DNA of 64,000 nucleotides from Escherichia coli (GTDB lineage Bacteria; Pseudomonadota; Gammaproteobacteria; Enterobacterales; Enterobacteriaceae): NCBI RefSeq assembly GCF_002854065.1, contig NZ_CP024147.1; one strand, 5' to 3'. Shown piece by piece: positions 54,517 to 64,000 of this stretch (position 1 is its first letter; each line of letters starts with the position of its first letter). The notes under the pieces were generated by a model. It saw only the letters and a program-made list of their open reading frames with translations, ran no database searches and was not told where the DNA came from. The position numbers and the translations under genes were made by a program.

Positions 54517-56987
54517 TTTCGACATAGTCGCCGTTGAAGAGTCGAACATGTGGAGTCCGTGATTCTCTGAGATTTTTACGAAGGCATACTCGATCTGATA
54601 ATCTCTATACTTGTCGATTACCGCACGGACTGCCTGAATCTCTTCCTTATTGAACTTTTTGACTTGTACATGGAAAATTAAGCGAATCGTATCGCCTTTC
54701 TGCCAGTTCATTCGCCTTTGTATTTTTTCTATATTCTCGGCCAGAACAGAGGTTAGAGCGTCGCAGTAAGCTTCCGGTACAACGGCTTTGGACGTACTCG
54801 AGACAATGTAACTACCGTCTCCCGAAAATACGGTGGTGATTCCCATAATGCGCTGATTATGGGCACCACGCTCTTGGACTATATTTGCACTGCCAATACC
54901 GATCACGAGTTCATGGGATAGTGTTGGCGATGATTTGAGTAGCCACGGGACTCCACCCATCTTCGCATAGCAGGCCAGTGACATGTTATTAAGCGAGTAG
55001 CCGAGTGAATAATCAGACTGCGTTAGCAGCTCTATTGTGAAATCCTGTACAGGAACTTGGTGCAAGTAAAATAGGCTTTTACCAAGATAGTAAGGATTAT
55101 CAGCAACTTTGAGTTTTTTAAATGACTGCCGCACCTGTACGAGGGCCAGATCCCAACGTCCTCCTTCATCAGCTTTTTTGCGTATTGCAGCTTCGATGGC
55201 ATTTTTGTATGCATCGACGCTGTCTGTGGATGTTTCGAACACTTCAACACGACTGGTTCCAAGTGCAAATTTACCCTCAAGGCCATTTCTGAAATATTTG
55301 CTATTAGCAATGCCTTTCAGAAGCTTACGGACGAACTGCTCGACTCGCCCTTTGTCATGTTGGGCGCAGATCACGCAGATTGATGGATCGTTCCTATCGA
55401 AGGTACGCTTTGTATAGGGGCCATTTTGTGTAAGACCCTTCTCAGTCCAATCTGCTTCACCGTTATCGTTGAAGACGAACACCGGCTTTTGCATCTGTGC
55501 ACAATCTTTTTGAATATCGGATGGATCCTCAATTTCGATACGCGTTCCATCGAGCAGCGAGATGTTTGTCGCTTGGATATACTTCTTAAGGGCGTCGATG
55601 CGGTCTTTTTTATTCTCGCCTCCGTTGAAAATGGAAACGGACTGCCGAATATGTTCGACAATGGAGTCTTTCTTCGTACCATGCGTATGAAGGATGTAGT
55701 CGTCAAAATTAGCTCGACTAGCTTCGAGATAAACGTCTTTAGCCTCAGCATGAACTGCTTGGCCGTCGGGACGAATGACACTCAGAGTTCTCCCTTCGTG
55801 GCAGCTTTCTACAAACCCTAAAAGTTTTCTAAATCCGTCGTCCTGCTCGGTGACGACGTAGCGACCAATAACATTGAATCCGGTTTTTAGGAAAAACAGG
55901 CAGTTCTCTTTTACTACACGACGTGTTGAGCAATCAATTATAAGACACGGCTGACCTTGGACAGTACGAGTGTCGATTGAATACTTGGCACAAATTTTTA
56001 AGGGATAAGCCTCACCAAGAATTGAGGCTAAAAGATTGTCTTTTGGTTTGGCACTTACCACCTCGATAGGATTGAAGCCGCAAGGAGTTCGACCCAATCC
56101 AGCGAAGTGCTTGAGCAGACCATCTTTAACCAGAGAGCAAAAGGTTCCCAAATTATCCTTTAGTTGCAGTGTCTGCGGTGTACCAGGTTTGGGGAACGTA
56201 CCATCACTCGAAAAAATCTGAATATTGTCACCCTGACGCCGGAAGACGTGCGTCACTTTATGGGAGGAGCGGAGGCTATCTAGAGTCGTCTTGTCGTAGG
56301 GGATCTGGACAAATTTCAACTCCAATTCAGGGATTTTCAGTGGAAACGCATTCAGGACAATCGGCAAGACCCACCCCTTTTGTGTTAGTGAAAAATCCAA
56401 CATACTGCGTCTCGATAATTATTCCCAGTCAGGGATGTGCTGGCACCTGACTGGCGCTCGCTGTGGGTTCCCTCCATCCGACTCTGGAAATAACTGTTTC
56501 AACAATTAATTTTCCTACACTGTAGCGTAAATTTTCTTAAGGCTCCCAAAGCGATTATTTAACTCTTTAAACTAATCTAATGTAAAGACTAGGGAAATGA
56601 TACGAGTGTAGTCTATGTCTTCGCTGTGATGAGGATCTATTCTTCGGTGTACATAGGGGTACTTAAGTTCCGATATAACACTCAACCAGCCTAAATTACA
56701 TCTGCAGGATCTCATGATTAAAATGATCTATGTGGTAGGTCATTAAATGGAGTAACCGGTCTCTCATAGGCAGGCGTAAGCCACCCCTGAGGGGCAGACA
56801 GATGCCATGCAGTTGAATGGTTTAAAGGGTTTGAGAGGGTGATAGTGCTGCGGTTGTCACACTATAGAGTTCTGGCGTAAAAACAGTCAGGCATCTCGGC
56901 ATTTATCAACTCGTCCAACGCTCCTCTGAAATTTGCGGGATCGGTTTAGTTTCAGGTGGGGGCGCTGAGGCCCCCGATTTATCGTAC

Positions 56988-57381
56988 TCAGGATTGTGCG
57001 GTGTAATAGACCAAAGCCAGCTTGTTGCCATCGGGGTCTCTAACATAAGCGCTGTAGAAACCTTCGCCGTAATGCGGGCGCAGGCCAGGTGCTCCCTCGT
57101 CCGTGCCTCCTTGGTTTAAAGCGAGCGCGTGAAGCTGCTGGATATGTTCGGCAGTGCGGGCAATCAGGGCGACCATCACACCATTTCCGGTTGTGGCATC
57201 CTGTTTATCAAAAGGTATGCCGATACCCAGTGCCGTCGTGTTATTACCGTTGAAAACGCCCAGCTACGCGACGTCCTCATTCCTGCCACAATGGGTATAG
57301 CTCTGCATCTCCATGAACGGATAGTCGAATGTGAGGGCATGTGGCTGGTAGTTTGTTTTAAGCATAATGTAAGAAAACATG
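56988..57381 (-). pseudogene. Glyoxalase/VOC-family gene remnant (frameshift plus in-frame TAG), paralogue of the intact gene at 60022-60414
   Basis: Minus-strand translation begins MFSYIML then hits TAA; shifting one frame gives KTNYQPHALTFDYPFMEMQSYTHCGRNEDVA then TAG, then reads on to ...EHIQQLHALALNQGGTDEGAPG...; collinear with the intact paralogue (MFSYVMLGTNDLPRAIRFYDPLMELLGYPKAGRNEEGASW...). Confidence 0.7.
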
Positions 57382-57427
57382 GGCTCTCCTTAATGGATTC
57401 AGGGGGAGTGACTATAATCAGCTCAAA

Positions 57428-57679
57428 TCACTCGTCCGCTTTATGAGCCCAGGCGGGCATTGCCGTCAGATAACGTTTTGCCCGCTTCAATGCTTCTTCC
57501 GGGCCGACTTTTTGCCAGGAATCAAGGAAGCTGGCTAAACCTGATACCGCTTCTTCCCAGGGTTTGAGATTGCCGTTGCTGTCGCTGCAGTACGCACAAT
57601 AGTGATCGCTTGCACTGTGTGCATCGGGTGCCGACATCGGCATTCCGCAAGCCTGACAGAACTGTTCATGTTGTGACAT
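57428..57679 (-). CDS. Small zinc-ribbon-type protein (cysteine pairs CxxC...CxxC)
   Basis: 83-aa ORF with FCQACG and YCAYC cysteine pairs. Confidence 0.45.
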   Translation of the reverse strand: MSQHEQFCQACGMPMSAPDAHSASDHYCAYCSDSNGNLKPWEEAVSGLASFLDSWQKVGPEEALKRAKRYLTAMPAWAHKADE

Positions 57680-57806
57680 AAGATGCTCCTTATGGCGACG
57701 TGCTGATTAATAAACATACTGAATATGCATTGTGCAGGTGATGCATCAGATCAAAGCAAAGGCGAAGCTCCCGGTATCTCCAGTCAAAAATACCGGGAAG
57801 CTATTG

Positions 57807-59079
<1,273 letters not shown>

Positions 59080-59400
59080 TCATCATGTGCAAAACGTGCA
59101 AACACACAGCGGTGTCCGCATTCGATTTCGGCGCATTGATAATCAGTCCGGCCTGAAAAGGTCGGTAAGCTGATTATCGGATGATTACATTCTCCAGCAT
59201 CAAAGCCTCGGGTTGAGTTGAAAGGTATTTACGGAGCGAATAGTAACACGTAGTTTTAGGAGGGATATGTTTCAGTAGAAAAAGTGTGATGTACTTTGGA
59301 AATTGAATGCCAACCCATATACTGGGAAAGGCAGATGACACTGACGAATGCATGTTGAAGTACGTCAGAAATGGCCTCATCGGCTTTTCCCCTCCGGACG

Positions 59401-59907
59401 TTATTCTCCTTTTGTTAAATCCAGAACATAAATATGCTCACCCTCTTCGATGCCTGAAAAATGAAAGCCAGTCCTGATAAGTAATTTTATTGAAGAGGTA
59501 TTCTCCGGATCCACACCGGCTTTGATGAGTGAAAAACCGTTCTCCTTTATCCAGCCGATGGTGGCGGTAATGGCTTCAAATGCATATCCCTGGCGAGCAT
59601 GAGCGGGGCTGATGGTATAACCGAGCCAAAATACATCGCATTGCTGACGTAAATAGATATCACCAATCAAAACCTGCGTCAGCTTGTTGACGATGGCCAA
59701 TTGAATTCCCTGAGTAAGCGTAAGAACGCCCAGCAATGCTGATTCATAGTCCTCTTTTGTTAGACCCTTAAACCCCTGATATTTCATCCACTCCGCATCA
59801 TTGCGATACACCATAAAACTATCGATTTCGTGTGGCTGAAATGGCCGAATAATGCACCCTGGCGAAATTATTTGCATAAGACTTCCTTTTAAATGATTCA
59901 TCTGCAC
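59401..59907 (-). CDS. GNAT-family N-acetyltransferase
   Basis: 168-aa ORF with GNAT-like core (QGYAFEAITATIGW). Confidence 0.6.
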   Translation of the reverse strand: MQMNHLKGSLMQIISPGCIIRPFQPHEIDSFMVYRNDAEWMKYQGFKGLTKEDYESALLGVLTLTQGIQLAIVNKLTQVLIGDIYLRQQCDVFWLGYTISPAHARQGYAFEAITATIGWIKENGFSLIKAGVDPENTSSIKLLIRTGFHFSGIEEGEHIYVLDLTKGE

Positions 59908-60021
59908 CAGTCTCTGCGACCAAAAGAGTTACCGCCTGATGCTATGCCCGACAGCCGCTCCCTGACTATGTCCGGTGCGTCGCCGCTTTCATACACAACA
60001 CGAAAACTGTCAGTTTAATGT

Positions 60022-60414
60022 TCAACCCTCATCGGCATAGAACACAAAAGCCAGCTTATTCCCGTCCGGATCGCGTACATAAGCACTATGGAATCCCTGT
60101 CCGTATTGCGGCCTGTGCCCCGGCGCACCTTCATCCGCGCCTCCCAGACTAAGGGCAAGCGCATGCAACTGCTGGATGTGTTCAAACGAGCGGGCGTTCA
60201 GCGCCACCATCGTGCCATTACCAGCCCCGGCGGGTTGCATGTCAAAGGGCCTGCCGACGCACAATCCGATGGTATGGTTATCGCTGAACGTCCCCCAGGA
60301 TGCGCCTTCTTCATTTCGGCCTGCCTTTGGATACCCAAGCAATTCCATCAACGGATCGTAGAATCGGATGGCTCGTGGCAGATCGTTAGTACCCAGCATC
60401 ACGTAAGAAAACAT
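60022..60414 (-). CDS. Glyoxalase/bleomycin-resistance/VOC-family protein
   Basis: 130-aa ORF; C-terminal ...HSAYVRDPDGNKLAFVFY typical of the VOC fold. Confidence 0.65.
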   Translation of the reverse strand: MFSYVMLGTNDLPRAIRFYDPLMELLGYPKAGRNEEGASWGTFSDNHTIGLCVGRPFDMQPAGAGNGTMVALNARSFEHIQQLHALALSLGGADEGAPGHRPQYGQGFHSAYVRDPDGNKLAFVFYADEG

Positions 60415-60423
60415 AAACCCTCC

Positions 60424-61695
60424 TTACTCACTTTTGTATTTTTGTTGCAGACAGCCTGCCGGTGATACTGACAGGCTCTGATGCTGCCCACGCAGTTTAA
60501 GCAGGCGGGCAACTGATATGATGACGGCTATACCGGCCAGCAGAGCCGCGCCGTGGAAAGCAATCCTGCCGCCGGCATGTAAGTAAACCCAGCGGGTTAT
60601 TTCAATGCTAAGGGCAATTATGCCAAGCGCCAGAATATTCAGCGTGGCAGAAACGGTGCCTTTTGGCAGGTTATGAGAAAAGAGCGTGAAGCGAAACAGC
60701 ACCGGATAGAGCAGTCCAATACCCAGGGCATAAAAGCTCGTTCCCAGTACTGACCATAGCCAGACGTGTGGCCATAGCAGATTGCCGACCAGCAAAGTCA
60801 GCAAGCCAGCAAGCTGTATCGGGACAGTCCCCCAGATAAAACGCGGTGAAGTCGGGTCTTTGATAAAATTCGCTACGATCGCACTGGCGATAATGATCCC
60901 ACTAAACACGGGCACCTGTGTCCAGGCATAGGTTCCGGGAGACATACCCCCGTGCTCAATCAGGATCACGGGTGAGAGCGCCACCCAGGTGATGATGGGC
61001 AGGTTGCCAAAAGCAACTGCCAGTGAGCCGGTCAGCACCACTGGATGGCGAAATGCCGCGATGAAATCTGACAGCACTTCACCCGGTTTGAATTCTCTTC
61101 CCTGAGATATAACTGTTTCCGGCATTTTGAGCAGTAGTAAAAACCATGCTACCAGACCAAACACACCGATGATGGCAAAGAGCAGTTTCCAGTGAATGAA
61201 CGCCATCAGCGCAGCGCCGGCCACAGGCCCGATAACTGGGGCGAGCAGAACAATAGAGGTCAGCGTAGCCATGATTCTGATGGAATCCATTTCACCAAAC
61301 GCCTCCTGAATTGAGACGTAACCAACGGTTGAGATAAAACAGATGCTGGTGCCCTGAATGAAGCGGGCGACGAAGTATTGTTCGATCGAGGTGACAAACA
61401 GCATGCTTAGACTGGCAAGGGCAAAGATCATTGCACCAGTGAGCAGGACAGGGCGGCGGCCAATCCGGTCGGAGAGTGGCCCCAGGAGCCACTGTAGCGC
61501 CAGTCCGCCTGCCATATACAAACTGACTGATGCTGGAGCCAGCGTCACATCCGCCTGTAGCTCATTTATAATGCTAATGACGCCCGGCTGAATAAGGTCC
61601 GTTGTCAGGTAGGCTGAAAAATCGTAGATGATCATCGCCAGTGGAAATAATAGAACGCCGCCATACCTGCTAAGGCGTCCCGAAAATGGCTTCAT
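60424..61695 (-). CDS. MFS transporter (drug-efflux-like, 12 TM)
   Basis: 423-aa hydrophobic ORF with MFS loop motif ([14 protein letters not shown]). Confidence 0.75.
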   Translation of the reverse strand: MKPFSGRLSRYGGVLLFPLAMIIYDFSAYLTTDLIQPGVISIINELQADVTLAPASVSLYMAGGLALQWLLGPLSDRIGRRPVLLTGAMIFALASLSMLFVTSIEQYFVARFIQGTSICFISTVGYVSIQEAFGEMDSIRIMATLTSIVLLAPVIGPVAGAALMAFIHWKLLFAIIGVFGLVAWFLLLLKMPETVISQGREFKPGEVLSDFIAAFRHPVVLTGSLAVAFGNLPIITWVALSPVILIEHGGMSPGTYAWTQVPVFSGIIIASAIVANFIKDPTSPRFIWGTVPIQLAGLLTLLVGNLLWPHVWLWSVLGTSFYALGIGLLYPVLFRFTLFSHNLPKGTVSATLNILALGIIALSIEITRWVYLHAGGRIAFHGAALLAGIAVIISVARLLKLRGQHQSLSVSPAGCLQQKYKSE

Positions 61696-61733
61696 AAACG
61701 GGTTCTCCGTTTTTTATCATTGAATGGTTTTAA

Positions 61734-62309
61734 TCAACTCAGATCGTGCAGTTCTTTATCCATTGCAGGAGTCAGTCTGAGATCAAGAAATTCTACCTCC
61801 AACCCCTTGCGCTGAGGTGTACAACACATGATGCCCGTTTTTACAGGGCCCGTAGGGAAATGGCATAAGCGAAGTAATGGCCAGTGCTGTCCATCTGAGG
61901 AGTACTGCAGTCGTAACGCATCTTTTTTACGGGTCAGACGCAGCCAGAATTCCTTCGGATCCCCAGGAAAGAGTCCTGTAGCCCAGTCGGAATATCCCTG
62001 CGTGAGTACACTCCCGATTGCAGGTGTGCCATCGTTGAATTCGATGCCAGCTTTGAGCCAGTGCTGTTCGTCAGAGAGAATCATAATTCCGGCCTGGTCA
62101 TAGAGTGTGGTGAAGTTTGCGCGGATCCTGACCTGAAAAGTAAAATCACCTGTTACATCAGTAGCGTAGATGTGGCCGGTAAAACGCTCAAACCCGTACC
62201 AGGTACGGCACCAGAAATCAGTATGCTCATCTGTGATTACCGACAGGGCGTTATTTTCGTAGCACCATACGGCGGGCTCATTGATCCATTCAAACCTGCA
62301 ACTCATCAT
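61734..62309 (-). CDS. Hypothetical protein (possibly DUF1349/concanavalin-like fold)
   Basis: 191-aa ORF, Trp/aromatic-rich; family assignment from memory only. Confidence 0.4.
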   Translation of the reverse strand: MMSCRFEWINEPAVWCYENNALSVITDEHTDFWCRTWYGFERFTGHIYATDVTGDFTFQVRIRANFTTLYDQAGIMILSDEQHWLKAGIEFNDGTPAIGSVLTQGYSDWATGLFPGDPKEFWLRLTRKKDALRLQYSSDGQHWPLLRLCHFPTGPVKTGIMCCTPQRKGLEVEFLDLRLTPAMDKELHDLS

Positions 62310-62346
62310 TGTTCTCCTGTCATGCGGAACGCAGCATAACGATAGT

Positions 62347-63165
62347 TTAAAATGTCAGTTCCATTTCAAACTGGCATAACGGTTCAGCCTGATAACCCGC
62401 CGCAGTAAATAATGGTGCCAGCGTTTCTGGGATCGCGGCTGATGTACCTATGCCAGGCCATCTGGCATTGATTTTCTTAAGCATTGTTTTAGCCCGTCCC
62501 TGGTAACGATACGCCGGTTCCACAAACAAACAGCGGAGCTGAGGTTGTCCCATGAACTCGGCGACAGCACACCATGCATGTTCGTTATCCCTGAGGATGT
62601 CACAGGGAATAGACAAGAGCTGCAGGGGACTGGCCAGCCAGGGAAGATCATCATCTGGTGCAGACCAGACGGTACGCAGGAAGTCATCAACAGACTTGGA
62701 TTCCATAGCCCCTGAAGATATTTCCAGATGAGACTGTGGATCTCCCCGGTATTTGCACAGATGTCGGCGAACCTGAAAACCGAGCGCGTGATAGAGAGCG
62801 ATGGCCCGGGTATTTTCGCGCATCACTTCCAGCCTCACGCTGGAAAACTTTTTCTCTTTTAAGGAGGTAAACAGAGGAGTAAGCATCTGTTTTGCCAGTC
62901 CCTGGCTCCGGTACTCGGGTAACACACCAAATGCGGCCAGACGCGCTTTGTCCATTCTGCGGGTTACGATGGCTATTGCCGCCGGGTTATCATTGACCAG
63001 CCAGACAAACGAGTCTTCAAGACTGAGTCCTTCGGAAATGAAACGTAAGGCAAACATTTCCGGTGGCAACGCAAACGGTGTCATTGATTCATTAAAGCTG
63101 TCTGCAAGAATACGGCACAGCTCAGTAATGCTGCATTCAAGGGCTGATACCGGAATAACGTTCAT
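62347..63165 (-). CDS. GNAT-family N-acetyltransferase (tandem GNAT-like halves)
   Basis: 272-aa ORF; motifs RSQGLAKQML and RYQGRAKTML in two halves. Confidence 0.6.
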   Translation of the reverse strand: MNVIPVSALECSITELCRILADSFNESMTPFALPPEMFALRFISEGLSLEDSFVWLVNDNPAAIAIVTRRMDKARLAAFGVLPEYRSQGLAKQMLTPLFTSLKEKKFSSVRLEVMRENTRAIALYHALGFQVRRHLCKYRGDPQSHLEISSGAMESKSVDDFLRTVWSAPDDDLPWLASPLQLLSIPCDILRDNEHAWCAVAEFMGQPQLRCLFVEPAYRYQGRAKTMLKKINARWPGIGTSAAIPETLAPLFTAAGYQAEPLCQFEMELTF

Positions 63166-63225
63166 AGATAAAGCTCTCCATTGCGGTTACCGGGAGCTAC
63201 AGGGGAAAATATGCTCCCTGTTTTC

Positions 63226-63660
63226 TCAGACAGTGAAGCTGATTTCTACAGAGCGGGCACTGCGATCACCCTCACCATGGTAAACAGCTTCGATGTTGTT
63301 ACCGTCCGGATCCAGAACAAAAGCGGCATAGTATCCGGGATGATAGGTTCGTTCGGCAGGTGCGCCGTTATCACGTCCGCCATGATTTAGTGCTGCGTGG
63401 TAAAACGCGTTCACCGATTCACGGTCTGCGGCCTGAAAGGCCAGATGGTGCCGTCCTGTAGGCACTCCGCCAGACTCCGAACTTTTTACTGACGAAATGA
63501 CCAGTTCGTCAGCCCAGATATAATCGTCATCGGTAATAACCATGGGGATCTTAAGTTCCGCCAGAACAGCAGTGTAAAACGCTTTGCTTGCGGCAAAGTC
63601 GTTTACCACGAGCTGGATATGGTCGATAAGTCTGCCACGATGCAGCGTATAGTTATCCAT
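63226..63660 (-). CDS. Glyoxalase/VOC-family protein
   Basis: 144-aa ORF with ...YAAFVLDPDGNNIEAVY motif. Confidence 0.6.
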   Translation of the reverse strand: MDNYTLHRGRLIDHIQLVVNDFAASKAFYTAVLAELKIPMVITDDDYIWADELVISSVKSSESGGVPTGRHHLAFQAADRESVNAFYHAALNHGGRDNGAPAERTYHPGYYAAFVLDPDGNNIEAVYHGEGDRSARSVEISFTV

Positions 63661-64000
63661 GGTTCATTTCCTTATTCAGATTCTGTCAGTCAGATCTTTA
63701 CCTGTGAAACTCAACAGAGGCACAACTCTACGTAATGATTGTGTTGTTGGAAAAAAATACATTAAGTTTTGTGCTCTGAACCCGACAGATATCAGAAAAT
63801 CATTCCAGATTTGGTCTTTGTACAGGAACTGCTATTCCGTTATTCGCTTATGACCAGGCTCTCAATTGCCAGTTGTAATATAACGAGCAGGGATGAGATA
63901 AGAGCAAGCCATTTTAAGGGGCGTAGTTTACGTTCAGGTATAGAGAGCGTGTAGAGTATGGCATGACGCTTCATTTTATTGAGTGGCATGCTGCCTCCTG

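Larger units (their letters stand above)
52836..56403 (-). pseudogene. Long prokaryotic Argonaute (Piwi-domain protein, catalytic residues absent) interrupted by IS2
   Basis: Piwi motifs YAKMGGVPW, then LVIGIGSAN in place of the GxDV strand and IRLIFHVQV in place of the RDG strand, plus C-terminal PMPVTITYSDLIAHN; removing IS2 and one TSD copy restores a single 743-codon ORF (...MSKG|RLATHRG...). Confidence 0.7.

Noticed and set aside
52836-56403. Short pAgo (SPARTA/SPARSA/SPARDA-type) system
   Set aside because: The reconstructed Argonaute is about 743 aa (long type) and its partner gene lies downstream without an obvious APAZ-fused TIR/SIR2 upstream gene, so a long-B-type arrangement fits better.
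57129-57446. 105-aa plus-strand ORF
   Set aside because: Antisense to the decayed VOC-family paralogue; an artefact of that pseudogene region.

Overview
This window reads as an Escherichia coli chromosomal segment: a conserved core from mpl to the tRNA-Leu gene leuX (about 1-40.4 kb), followed by an integrase-bearing genomic island that runs past the window end. All identifications are from reading the sequence and ORF translations and recalling known protein families; no database search or alignment was run. The core carries mpl, yjgA, pmbA, cybC, nrdDG, treBC/treR, mgtL-mgtA, ridA, pyrLBI, bdcA/bdcR, argI, rraB, valS, holC, pepA, lptFG, yjgR, the idn cluster and ahr, with REP/BIME repeats between genes. 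The island opens with a P4-type integrase beside leuX and then stacks three apparent defence modules. First, a type I restriction-modification operon (hsdR, hsdM, hsdS). Second, an ABC-like ATPase plus HNH-nuclease gene pair, translationally coupled to hsdS (Septu-like). Third, on the opposite strand, a long Argonaute (Piwi-domain) gene that lacks the catalytic residues and is split by a complete IS2 with a 5-bp target duplication, overlapping a downstream gene with a PD-(D/E)xK nuclease motif. The Argonaute-nuclease pair and the ATPase-HNH pair are the most interesting candidates. Beyond them lie a decayed glyoxalase-family paralogue, a YjhX/TopAI-like toxin gene, and a cluster of acetyltransferase, glyoxalase and MFS transporter genes.
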